From Bugula neritina (Eukaryota; Animalia; Bryozoa), in assembly GCA_964035545.1 (NCBI GenBank), contig OZ037773.1, positions 5,237,751 through 5,301,750 of the forward strand: DNA of 64,000 nucleotides, given 5' to 3'. Positions 1 through 11,655 of this stretch are shown in pieces. Numbering within the stretch: position 1 is the first letter of the stretch; each line of letters opens with the position of its first letter. A program made the position numbers and the translations under genes. The notes under the pieces are model-generated. The model ran no database searches, was not told the origin of the DNA, and saw only the letters and a list, made by a program, of their open reading frames with translations.

Positions 1-49
1 TCGCATGCGAAAATTAAAATCACGGGTAGCAAAGGTGTCCACTGTAGGC
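1..49. mobile_element. Partial arm of the Harbinger-like MITE family, cut by the window edge
   Basis: TCGCATGCGAAAATTAAAATCACGGGTAGCAAAGGTGTCCACTGTA matches the TIR arm of the copies at 27256-27599 and 62299-62642, then ends GGC-TTA. Confidence 0.75.
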
Positions 50-1677
50 TTATAAGCAACATATGGCCTGCAGTAAAATTTTGTTTTGTACGACATGCCA
101 TTTCATATTTAAACATCTTTCATTGTACTTAAATCTTGTACGCAACTTTTAATGACAAGTAATACAGCATTTTAGTTTTTTATTATTGAATAGCATTATG
201 ACATAATAACGGAATTATACTTCAATACATAAATTTTTAGTATTTCATAGTCTACATGAAACATCTTCGCATCAAATCACAATCTTTATGAGCTGAAATG
301 TATACTGTGCAAGTTACAATCTTTATGGACTGGTGCATATACTGTGTAAACTACACTGCACTGTCTAATCATGCAACTTAGTCAACAACAACCAGCACTG
401 AGCCAATACCACGCTCTCCATATTAACACTTAATTATAATTAAAAAAATTCAAAATAAAAGCTGCCATGTTATATTTGTTTTTAAACTGATGATTAGGTG
501 TGAATAGCTGTAAAAGTTGCTTTACTCTACCACATGTTCCCTACATGCTAGGGTCAAGGAAATGTTAACTATAACTTACAATGTTTACGTGTCATGTGCA
601 CTTGATTTATAGCAACCTTACCATGTGTATAAGAGGCACGTGTCTATTCATATGGCCTGCAGGGCAGATATATTTGTCTAATTAAATTATTCAAATGTTT
701 TGAAACTTTTAACTTTCATTAAGAAATTATGGAGAAAAAGATAGCAATATTTAAGTAATCCTGCAACACTCATTTTGAATAGAGTAGCTGATTTCAACTT
801 GAGTTTGAAAAAGTTGTTATCTAGCAATGTTAATACAACTACTATATTTTTTGCTACACCTTAGCTTATAAGTTCTAAACACGCAACCAGTTTCAAAATC
901 CTTCTTTTTATTACCAAAGGTGCAGTATAAATTTAATGCATGTATATGCTAGCATAGTTTTTACGGTGACATAACATTTAACACAAAACATAACTTGTAT
1001 ACTTTAATAGGATTCATCACATGCACAAAAAACTAAATAAATTAAATAATACACAACAGAAAATACCACTATGATTACTAATGGCTCAATTTACCAACAG
1101 GAACAACCATAAAAAGCGGTAAAGTATTTGCCAAATGTCACAAACTGTTTCTGATAAAATTATTACATAATTATGACATGCTATCAGTATAATCCTGCTA
1201 ACCGTCATATATAGTGAAGTCATAGGGCTCCACTGATCACAGCACACTTCCACCTATCAGATGACAGTATATTATTCTGTAATTAGTCGTTATATTCAGG
1301 GTTGCTCAATAATTTAAGCTGTTCCTGCTTATGTGTCAACTTTCTAGTCAAACTGGCACAAAGAGTACCTATTTTCATAATATTACGAAAAAATTTCCGT
1401 TATATCCAGGAACGACCTGGCACAAAGTCGAGTATATGTAAAGATAAACTAAAGTGTTTTTCTTGCATATAAATGAGACAACAGGGAACAGGTGGCGGCT
1501 AGTGCAGACTCAGCTAATAGGTTAGTCTGTGTTGAAAACATTTATTTTAAATTAGGTATTTTTTTGTTCTTTATTATCACACAATTTTTATAACATTTTT
1601 ATTACTCTGTATATTATTTTACATTATTTTTTATTATCAATTACCTAATAAAAATAATACTTATAATAATTATAAAC

Positions 1678-1745
1678 TATATAATGTTGCAGTATCCGAG
1701 AAATTTATGTTAACAAATATTTCTCAGATATTACAATATATTGTA
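1678..1745. repeat. Imperfect zero-loop palindrome centred on GTTAAC
   Basis: TGCAGTATCCGAGAAATTTATGTT / AACAAATATTTCTCAGATATTACA are imperfect reverse complements. Confidence 0.6.
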
Positions 1746-1794
1746 CACATCCTAGCATTTATAATTATGGACAATATTTATTATAAATATTATA

Positions 1795-1902
1795 ATAAAG
1801 TTTAATGCAGATTATGCAGTAAATATCATCACAATCATAAGATGCGATTTTTCAATTTATATGACTATTATAGGCTTTTGCATTATCTGCATTAAACTTT
1901 AT
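1795..1902. repeat. 24-bp inverted repeat with 60-nt spacer
   Basis: ATAAAGTTTAATGCAGATTATGCA (1795-1818) vs TGCATTATCTGCATTAAACTTTAT (1879-1902): 23/24 complementary. Confidence 0.85.
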
Positions 1903-2208
1903 CAAGTGGCTATAAATTATAGCAATTATTATAACGCATCATAAATTGAATAGCTTTGTGGATGTTTAGTTTGTATATAAAGTCAAGTATACAATGCACT
2001 GTGTTAATTGACATTATTTATTATTTAATATTTGGTACACACTTATTTATTTAAAATTCAGATATATGTTATGCTAAGCTTATTTAAAGGCAGCATTTCT
2101 GCTTTGAAAGTACATAAATTAATTGGTAAGCTGTTAAAAAATCACATTCTTACCATATTTTGCTTTATAGTAAAATACTGACGGTTCTTAACTACTAGAG
2201 AATTGAAC

Positions 2209-2535
2209 ATGAAGCTGCATGTAGTGGTTCTGTTTGGAGTTTTGATCCTTAGCATTGGTAAGTACGTTAATATATAATATAATATTGACATATAAATATA
2301 ATCAAGATTATATTATATAGTTTAATATTGTATATATAGTACAAGCAATATAATATTATAATAACATTCAGGCTCGAGAACAGAAGCTAGCTGTACTGCA
2401 AGTCAAGTTACCAGTTGCAATTCCTCATGTACTGACCCCAAATACGAGGGACTATGTGTACCCGTCCCAACTCAAAATGATGTGTATTGTTTCTGTGTGC
2501 TTAAACAACCTAAGAAAAGAAATGGATCAAATTAG
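2209..2535 (+). CDS. Secreted cysteine-rich CS-alpha-beta defensin-like peptide precursor (70 aa)
   Basis: join(2209..2257,2372..2535), phase-1 GTAAGT...CAG intron. Translation MKLHVVVLFGVLILSIGSRTEASCTASQVTSCNSSCTDPKYEGLCVPVPTQNDVYCFCVLKQPKKRNGSN*. Signal peptide followed by C-x7-C-x3-C-x8-C-x10-C-x-C with a GxC motif. A possible 5'UTR intron lies at 2126-2170. Confidence 0.8.
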
Positions 2536-3005
2536 CCTTCACTCCTGTGCATACTTTTTGGTGGGACGAAAAAATTAATTACCAAAAACTGTCCAAGTTT
2601 CACATTTTGTATTTTTCTGTTTATTGAACTGTTGTGTTTTTGTAAAATATAAGTTTACGGGTCTTGAAACTATTGTCTCCTCTCATTGTCAACCATCATT
2701 TAATTCAGGGCCTTGTGCAAATGATTTCATGTAATTATTTATATAATAATAATAATGCAATAATACAATAATACAATATATTCGAAGTAAACAAAAATTT
2801 ATACCTATATATAAAAGCAAAACTACAAGGCGTTTTATATTTTATACTGATACTATTTCAATACAAATTATAATTTATAATTGTTTTAGGAAAAACTCAT
2901 TATTATAACGATTAATGTATCTTGCAGTCAATTCCAAGGTTGGTATATGTCTAAGCTGTAAACAGTACTTGTTTTATAAATTTTATTTACTTTTGCATGT
3001 ATGTT

Positions 3006-3095
3006 ATATTTTCAGCTATATTTCAAGATGTGGGCACAATATATTATCATATGATGATATATTGTGAGCACATCCTGAAACATAGCTGAAAATAT
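3006..3095. repeat. 90-bp near-perfect zero-loop palindrome
   Basis: 45-bp arms centred on CATATG (3048-3053), about 40/45 Watson-Crick complementary. Confidence 0.9.
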
Positions 3096-6000
3096 TATAT
3101 TTATATATATACAACATAAAGATATTATATATTATAGTTATTTGTAGTAGCTCTTTGATGAAGGGGGGGGGGGAGAAAATTAAAAACTAAAAGAAGACAA
3201 CTTCCCAAATGTCCCTTGCAGAAAGCAATTGGTTTTAGTACTTATAATAGATATCTGTTGATGATGACCTATATTTTTATGAATGTTTTCTGAATTATTT
3301 TGCATGAATTATAGCTTTTGTAGGATATGGTTATAATCCCAGAATGCAGCTGCATGTGGTTTAGTGGTTAGAGAAGCATAGTAAACACAAGTTCCAATTA
3401 CGAGCAGTAGCGGAGAAATTGAGAGAGCCTAAGTTCTTTGATTGTATTATTATATTTTGGTTTGAGGCGAGGTTGAAATTGCAAGAACATAATTTCTTAA
3501 GCTATATTTCCAATCTAGAACACAGGCTTTTCTCGATTTCTCCATGACTGCACCTACCTCACACATTCAGCAGTTAGTGATGTTAGGCGTTCAGCCATAT
3601 AATTCCTTTTTTTCCACATTAGGGGCAAATCTTCAGCTAGCTGAAAAACCTTACACAGTTAGTTTAAGGTCATTACTTTCCAGATTCAAGCACTGCTTTA
3701 TGTTATATATAAACGGTTTCCAGGGGATAGCTCGAACAGTTTTTGTCTCACATTAACAAATTTTACATGAAAAGATAGCTCTTGCATTCCTCTTTCATAT
3801 ACTTTTTTAATTTTTCAATAAAAATTTTTCTGAGAAAGTTGTTGCATAATAAGTAAAATTTTATACCCTCCATGTTCCACTGCTGTAGCACAGGGGATTC
3901 ATTTTATAAAGTCTAAAAGTTAAACTTGACATTCCTTGATATGTTTTCTCTAATATACTTTCTTTGTTTTTTGAAATTCTGTTTATGCTCTTCACAATTT
4001 GGTAAAAACATACACCATTTTGCAAGTTTCACTGCAATTTTCTAAATTCTTCATATGGTGGTTCTAGCTACGCTCCTGTGACTAATTATAACATTCCTAG
4101 TACGTTTGCCGCTCTGCGCTATCACAATAACATATAGTACCCTCTCGCACAAATTGGCAATCTATTGGATTTCTGCCAAGATAATGTTCCCTGTTTTACA
4201 TTAGCACTTAGCTGAATCATCTCACTATGTTACAATAATATATTGAAAATGCCTCAGCACAACATAATTCTTTGTTTGGCAGAGTTAATTTCAGCTAAAT
4301 CACTTCACTTTGCAGTCTTGTCAGTAAAGGTCTGTCTATAGCACCGCAGGTGTACTTTCAGTTTCTCTAATTCACATATGATTATTTTAAGTACATTGTA
4401 TTCTATAAGATCAATTTAAGGTTTAGTCCAGCGTTCAGTATCTAATTATTATGCATGTATGTTGTCTTACTGTTGAACAAAAGTTAAAAAAAAAACTTTA
4501 CACTTATAGCCATATTTATTATACATGCGGAGGATTTGCATAAATTGACAAAAAAAATTGCAACAAAACAAGGTTGAACCATGACCATCCAACTCGTCGC
4601 TGACGCCTCTAACCTCTGGACCACGCAGTCATCGTTAATGAAACGCGCACTATATGAGTCACTATCATTACATAAATATTTCGCGCGCAAACGGGTTATA
4701 ATTATTAGGCTGTCAATTCATGTTGATAGCAGTCAACTGTTGCAATAGTCTCGGGTTACTAGCAAAGCTAATGGTTTTGAACAAATAACCCAAAAGTTTA
4801 AAAATAAGTAGCTTGCGTATTACTAGCTACAAAAACAGGTCTGAAATAGACTGGTAAAGCAAGCTCTTATTGTAGAGTTTGCAGATGTGCTCTAAAATAA
4901 AACTTAAACTGTATGCTATTACATAAGTATTTGTATGCGAGAGATAAATGGACATTACTGAGTTTCTGGAAAACAACATACTTGAAGTTAACTTTGACAA
5001 TGGTGTGTTATTTTCATCATAGCTAGCCTATAGCATAAATCTCTAATCATATGAATCTTTATGAAGCCCACAGCTTATGTAAGGGTGGCAATGTAATTTG
5101 AAATGAACAATTATGTTGCTGCATTGTGTCTAAGGTATATTAGAGAGCAGAATTTGGTTTTACTAGCCTACCCCAACGGCATTCTACAATGCAGCTTATA
5201 TGCTGGCAGTTGTAATAAGTACTGCCAATAGCAAGGTTACTATCACTGCTAGCTCTGTGCAGTATGTAACCTCTTGAATAATTGCGCCAATTTTAAACTC
5301 TTGGAAGTTGGCCAAGTTATCATATCGCAGCCAGCCACCGGAGACAAAGCATCAGAGCTATTCATATAATATTATACTGACGCACTTGGTAGCAGAGTGG
5401 CTAATCTAATATAGTTCATAGTTCAACACCCTTTACTTTGGGAATACAGCCTCTTTTTTTAGGTTTACCTTACAAAGCATGAAAATATCTAAACTGATAT
5501 TCTGATAATTTAGAGGTACATTTTGAAAACTAGGTTAATTGCACTTGTTTGCACAACAACAATAATAAAATAGATATTATGCAGTATAATAAAAACACAC
5601 ATAATACTATATAATATATTATAATGATAATAATATAATATTATAAGTACCATTACTGCATTTTATAAATCACATGGTTGCCAAAAAAATGTATCACAAA
5701 TTTTGTAATTATACATCAAAAATAGAACTAGCTAGGCAGCAGGTTAGAATAGAGTAAATTTTTAAAACATGAAATCATGATTTGACTATTGTTTTATTTA
5801 GGCCAACCAACCTAGGAATACAAGATTGGGTTTTAGCTGACAGTTTATAACATTTAGCTTTTGAGCCAGCAGCACTGGCACTTGTGAAGTATAGGCGAAG
5901 TTAGTGAAGCGAGACTAACAAGCACTCAAATACAAGGCATATTGAGACACAATAACAAGTCAGGAGCGTATAAATTGAAAAGAATGTGGAAGGGGGACTA

Positions 6001-7132
6001 TGTTTTTCAACAAGCTATAACTTAAACATGAATTGGCTTTTGAAAAAAATAAAAAAGTATATTGGAGAACATAAATTTCTTTATCTTTTCATATTTTTTT
6101 TGTTCCTGTGACATTCAACCTGTTCGAGCTATCAGTGGAACATTGTTCATATAGAACATAAAGCACCTGGCAAAGAGCCAGAAAATGAAAAGTATGACCT
6201 TAAACCAACTGTGTAGGCTATATTATCAAGGGTTTTACAAAAGTTGAGACTTTAGAAAAAACTCCGAAAAAATTAGTTATGTCAACAAAGCAGCTGGATA
6301 ACTTGTTTCTTCAATTATATTGATAGGTTTGAGTGGTGTGCATGTTAACTTATAATAGAGGTGCAGGTACTGATGTAAACACTAAATGGTGAAATCACTA
6401 AACCATAGCACAACAATATAAAAAACAAATGCTGCACCCGCAATGTTGAAATTGTTTTATTTATATTTATACATGCAGGTTTACAAATATAATAATAGTG
6501 TGCAATTATAGGAGTATCATTCAATTGCATGTGCAGCATAAGGGAAAATTTGTTAGTGTGATATAATTCAACAAAACTTGTGCAGCTTGTCTTAAAACTA
6601 TAAAACTATTTTATAACTGAACTATTCTTAATTTCTTTCCATCAAAATGAATCAAAAGAATCATGCACCATAAACAAGCTTAGTATCTGAGCTTTACATT
6701 ATATTACCCAGAAATAGCATCAATGGACAATCACATAAAATTTGCATAAAATGTAGTGTGGTTTGGTTTTCAGTTTTGTGCTATTCTACTCAACTTGACA
6801 GAATAAAGTTCCATTGTTATCTACCGATCTGATATGTATCCATGTTTTAGCTGGCACAAATTTTACAAATCATGTAGGACGGTGCCGAAAACAGTATTTA
6901 TGGTAGTTGTTTTCCCAAAACAAAGAAATATTTATCATTGATCTCTTTTTTAATAACAAAGTCATATTAATGCCACAAAGTTTATTTTCATAGAGAGGCT
7001 TAGCACATCACGTGAACGTAATCGTCACAATAACAAATTTGCAACAATCGACATTCATTTTCAGTGCCGTTATTCGAGTAATCGCAAGTTTCTCTCTGAC
7101 GCTAGCCAGAAATAACTAACCAGTTGTTGAAA

Positions 7133-9480
7133 ATGCCAAGTTCCATACACGAAATTCTTTTTATTGAAAACTTTGGCCCGATGTGCGGTACAAAAATGCT
7201 GCCAAGCTCCTTAGGAACTCAGTTTTCTCTAGAAAAGTAAGTATAATGATAACTTTTAAGTGCTAAGACAAGTAAATCAATTTTATTTTTAGTAAAACTA
7301 AATGTAATAACTAATACTAATACTAATAGTAATATTAATAAACTAAGTGAGTAAGTCTAATACTAATAGTAATAGTAATAATAATAATTTTTATTATTAA
7401 TATTGTTATTACCATTAGTATTTTTAATTCTAAATATTAATAAGTATTACTATTACTATTGAGTATTACTATTAGTATTAGTATTACTATTAGTATTACA
7501 CTTTTACTTTTACTTAAGTTTTGTGATCATGATGATGATGATGATGGTCATACTCATACTGATACTGTTACTTTAGTGTTACTTTTAATCATTCTCGACT
7601 CACGCTGATCTAATCATCAGCCAGTAACACTAACTGTAAGGCGTAATCATTATCAAAATGAAAATGATTATGATGATCGTTATTAATATTACTTATTGAG
7701 TTATTCAGTTATACTTATAGTTATTGGTGAAATGTTTTTGAAGTTAATATCATTTTATTTAGTTAGAGTGTTATACTTGAACTTATACTCTTATAGTTAT
7801 AGATTATCAGCTCCAGGACTGAAGTTTTTGTTTTCCCTATTTTCTCATTAGGCTACCTATTTATTTATGATTATGGAATTTGTATTTTGTATATGAGTTA
7901 GCATTATATTTGTGGGGAAATTACATACAATTTTTTTCATTGAACTGTAAAACTTTATTGTATTGCAATTGGATGTGTTTATAGAACGGAGAATAAGTTG
8001 AAATGTGAAGCTAGTGAAAACTATGACGTGAGACTTTGCACAGAAAACCTGTGGTGTTCCTGATGTCCCCCACGCTGTAATCACTCAACAACCGTCTGCA
8101 GGTGTGCACCAACATGATATAATATAAAATACTGTTTTACTTGTCATTATTATCAGTTTTGTTGTATGGCTATAGGCCATTTAGATTTCCGCGACAGTTG
8201 CACCAAACATTAATAAAATTAATTTTATTAATAAATTGAACCAAAATTTAATAATAAAAAAAAAAAACAATTTCTCTACTACTGCTCAAAAATGTATAAT
8301 TGTTGAGGAAGCGCTGGATCCGGCAAAACAGTGCCTAGTCGTGATATTAATTTGGCTCTCTTCCAATATTCCCATTGTGCTTTTTTCTAATATTGGCACA
8401 CTGCCAGTTTTATGTTTAGTTTAGCACGCATTACTTCCCTTTCAGGTACAGAGGGCAGCAGCGTGGGGCTTATAACAGCGCCCCCTGTCATTTCTCAGGA
8501 AACTGAGGCTACAAGATTAACAACTTTGCCTCTATCAGCTAGAGTCAATTCCAATGTCAAATTTGTTATCTCCGTTTCCAAAGATGTGGATTTCACATGG
8601 CAGTGCAAACTCCTGAGCAACAACCTCCTTGTTGACATACCTGCTCACCTATCTGTCTATGGCAGCAAGGATAGGTATGCTCCAAGTTTCAGAATATTTA
8701 TTATATTATTTCAAATATCTATTCGACATCACATAGCAGTTTTAATAAACATGCTGTGGTTATATCATAGTAAGTGAAAACTATTTTTAGCTATTGTCTT
8801 TAATATTTACATTTTTCATTTGGTTGCTCTGTGTAATACATCAACTGGCTGATAGTTGGGTGTCTGGTCAATTGATTTTTCCTTTGTTGAATGCTTTGCT
8901 CCAAATTTAGTTTCCAAAAAGAGAAAAAAATGAATTTATAACTGATTTTGAGCTCACTTCCCAAGTGTTCAAGAAAGCACATGAATTTGAAATATGTTGT
9001 TGCCCTACACTTTAAACAAGCCGACATATTGGAAGTTTTATGTTTGGCTTTGAAGAGTAATTGCTTTATGTACATGTCAAATGATTCTGCTTTCACCTTG
9101 ATGTTATGTCTGCGGAAACGAGATAAGATATGTTGGGAGAGAGCTCATGTTGATCCAAACTAACACATTATAGCAAAGAGTGGAGCTAGTTATCAACTAT
9201 TAGGTTCACTCAGCTCTCTATCTGTTCCTGTCATACATGCTTTGACATGTTCTCGTTATCTGTTGGCAGCTTTGTTGCGTTACTGGAGTACGCAGAGACG
9301 GGATTGGCTGTTGAGCACGTCATTGTGAAGCTCATCAAAGACCAAAAGGACCTGCCCAATGCTGTCAGGCTGTTCATGTTCTTTGGCTTTGTGGCTCTCC
9401 CACCTACTCACCCGCTGCTGTCAGCTGTATCTGGAGACTCGGCTAAATATCTTTACTTGGCCTATAAGATTGATTCTTAA
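7133..9480 (+). CDS. OAZ1: Ornithine decarboxylase antizyme (programmed +1 ribosomal frameshift)
   Basis: Exons 7133(or 7181/7196)..7236, 7985..8101, 8446..8674, 9270..9480. ORF1 ends TGG TGT TCC TGA (WCS*) at 8052-8063. The +1 frame continues DVPH..., and the spliced ORF2 contains the antizyme signatures GSKDSFVALLEYAE and VRLFMFFGFVALPPTHP. Confidence 0.96.
8058..8064 (+). promoter_or_regulatory. Antizyme +1 frameshift site UCC-UGA-U
   Basis: TCC TGA T in the conserved context TGG TGT TCC TGA TGT CCC C; polyamine-stimulated recoding is established for this family. Confidence 0.95.
8068..8488 (+). promoter_or_regulatory. 3' frameshift-stimulating RNA pseudoknot (invertebrate type), interrupted by intron 2
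   Basis: Stem 1: CCCCACGCTG 8068-8077 / CAGCGTGGGG 8459-8468 (10/10). Stem 2: ACAGAGGGC 8448-8456 / GCCCCCTGT 8480-8488 (8/9). Confidence 0.8.
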
Positions 9481-11655
9481 TTTATTTAGAGTTTCAGTGA
9501 TTGGCAGTTATTTTACACAAGTATAAGCTTGGCCTGACTAACAGGATATTTGTAATGGTTATATAAACTCTCATGTATTCTATGTTTGCTCTACGATCAA
9601 GTTTTCTGTTGCATTCAACTAAATTTAGAAATAATGTATAAATTTATGAAATCACAAAGTTTGTGTATTGCAAATTTTCTTTGGAGTTTTTGGTAATTGC
9701 GTGTTGTGCCATGCTGTAGTAATCAAAGTAATCAGAAATTTCTATTAAGACACTTATTTTATATACATTTAGATAAAAATGCTATTCACCTAAATGCTGT
9801 CTTCTATTGGCTGCTACTTTTACTGCATTTAGGGTATAAATGTTAAATATTGTTTAGCTTTTCATCATCATTATACAGAATGTAAATATTTTGTAATAGC
9901 AGAGAAAACCTGTTTTGCAAGTAGCAACTGTTAACTGATGTTGGAAGCAGGACGTATCTAAATATTTTATTATAGATATAATATTCAACACTGATGACTG
10001 TAATAATGAGTGTACCAGAGCAGCTAATTTGATAGCATACATCATTTATATCCTGTTACAAATCTATGTAACAAATTATGTCAATAGAGCACTATAAACA
10101 ACTCTGCAGCCTACAATTAGGGTGGTACACTTAGTGCAATGTAGTGTAGATTGTATATATTGAACATACCTGCTATGGTTTGCTTCATTAACACATAGTC
10201 TATATAGAAATTATTCCTGCAATTGTGCCAATATAAATAGCATTGAAGTGTAGGAACATTTGACCACCAGCAAGCTGTATGTATGCAAAAAGTGATCAAA
10301 CATAAAACCCATTGTAACTGGGTGAACAATGCAAGGTTGAAGTTAGTGTGATTACAAAACTTGACATTATAGCTGCCTGCACTCTGTTCACAACTCATTT
10401 CTCAATTATAATAATTAAGCTTATGAATAAGCTATAAAGAAAATAATGTTCTTAAACAATGGCAGCTAATATTGTAAGTTTGATTAACTGTAGTCACCCA
10501 GATGTGTCAAGGGGCTAGGTGACGAGATATGAGTGTTGCGTAGGCATGAGATAGACTCTCTAAAATAGTAAACTTTGCCCTGTTAGATGATAAGCTTGAC
10601 AGTAATGAAAGCTGCTCGTATTTCAATACTGCTTACTAACCTAAACTGAAAACAATATAGTTCATGGCAAAATAGTTTATTTATATCACTGTTCAACAAA
10701 ACAATACCAAAAAGGTAAAAAACAAACACAGTAAAATAGCATAAAATCAACAAGACATTTCGTCACAACAAAAATTTCATCTAAAATCACTTGATTCATA
10801 CAGCTTTGAAAATTATGGCTACATATAAAAGCTTTTCTCATCCATGATAGACCAGTGAGTGAGTGCATACATGCATAATAATACGCATTGCAGTTACATT
10901 ATAAAATAAACTACAGGGAAAAGATGGGTAGGGGATGAAAGAGAAATTTAGTTGCGCTAAGAAAGAGACTTGAGAAAGTTAAACAAATTTAGTACTACCA
11001 CAGTGACTACTAAAAATACTGGGTGACCATAGGAAGAAACAACAATTGGATAATATAAATATAATGCACCAATCATATTGCATAGAACAAATCAGATCTA
11101 TGGCTCTCCATCCAATAACACTGAAGGTGATACGAAGTAACACTGAAGCACCCATAATACATTGAGTATAAGTCATGTCTAAACATAGAAGAAGTTGAAA
11201 AATATGAGTGGCTATGTGGAATAAGCAGTTATAATAAAAAATGAGTGACTGAAATATCGTAATATAAAACGAAATGCTGAGATAAAATAAATTTATAGAT
11301 CATAGCACTACGCCCACAGAACATAGCTTGTAAGTACAGATCACCTGCACTAGAGTAGAGTGTACTTATACACTGTTAATAATCATTTGAAACACCAAAG
11401 TGTCTGTGGCAAGTAACATGTTTTAGTTGATCAGATATGCTTCCCCCCCCCCCACAACAACTCATGCAAACTTATCACAAGAGAGTACAAAGTAGCCCAG
11501 TACAAAAGTAACACAAAATTACAGAACTCCAAATTTGGTTTACAAAAATAGCAAAAGTGAATGAACACATTTGATTTCCTTGTACTGTAAAAGATAAGGT
11601 TCTAGGAAGTTTGACTAAAGTACAAGTATTTATTAACCACATTGCCGGCTGATAT

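Noticed and set aside
1285-1430. Short direct repeats CGTTATATYCAGG and CTGGCACAAAG suggesting a MITE relic
   Set aside because: No TIR pair or TSD could be defined.
3163-3173. Homopolymer G/C runs (also ~11443-11453 and ~38735-38749)
   Set aside because: Simple slippage tracts with no supporting context.
8061-8063. Premature stop, pseudogene or selenocysteine reading of the antizyme TGA
   Set aside because: It is the canonical antizyme frameshift stop and the downstream homology is in the +1 frame.
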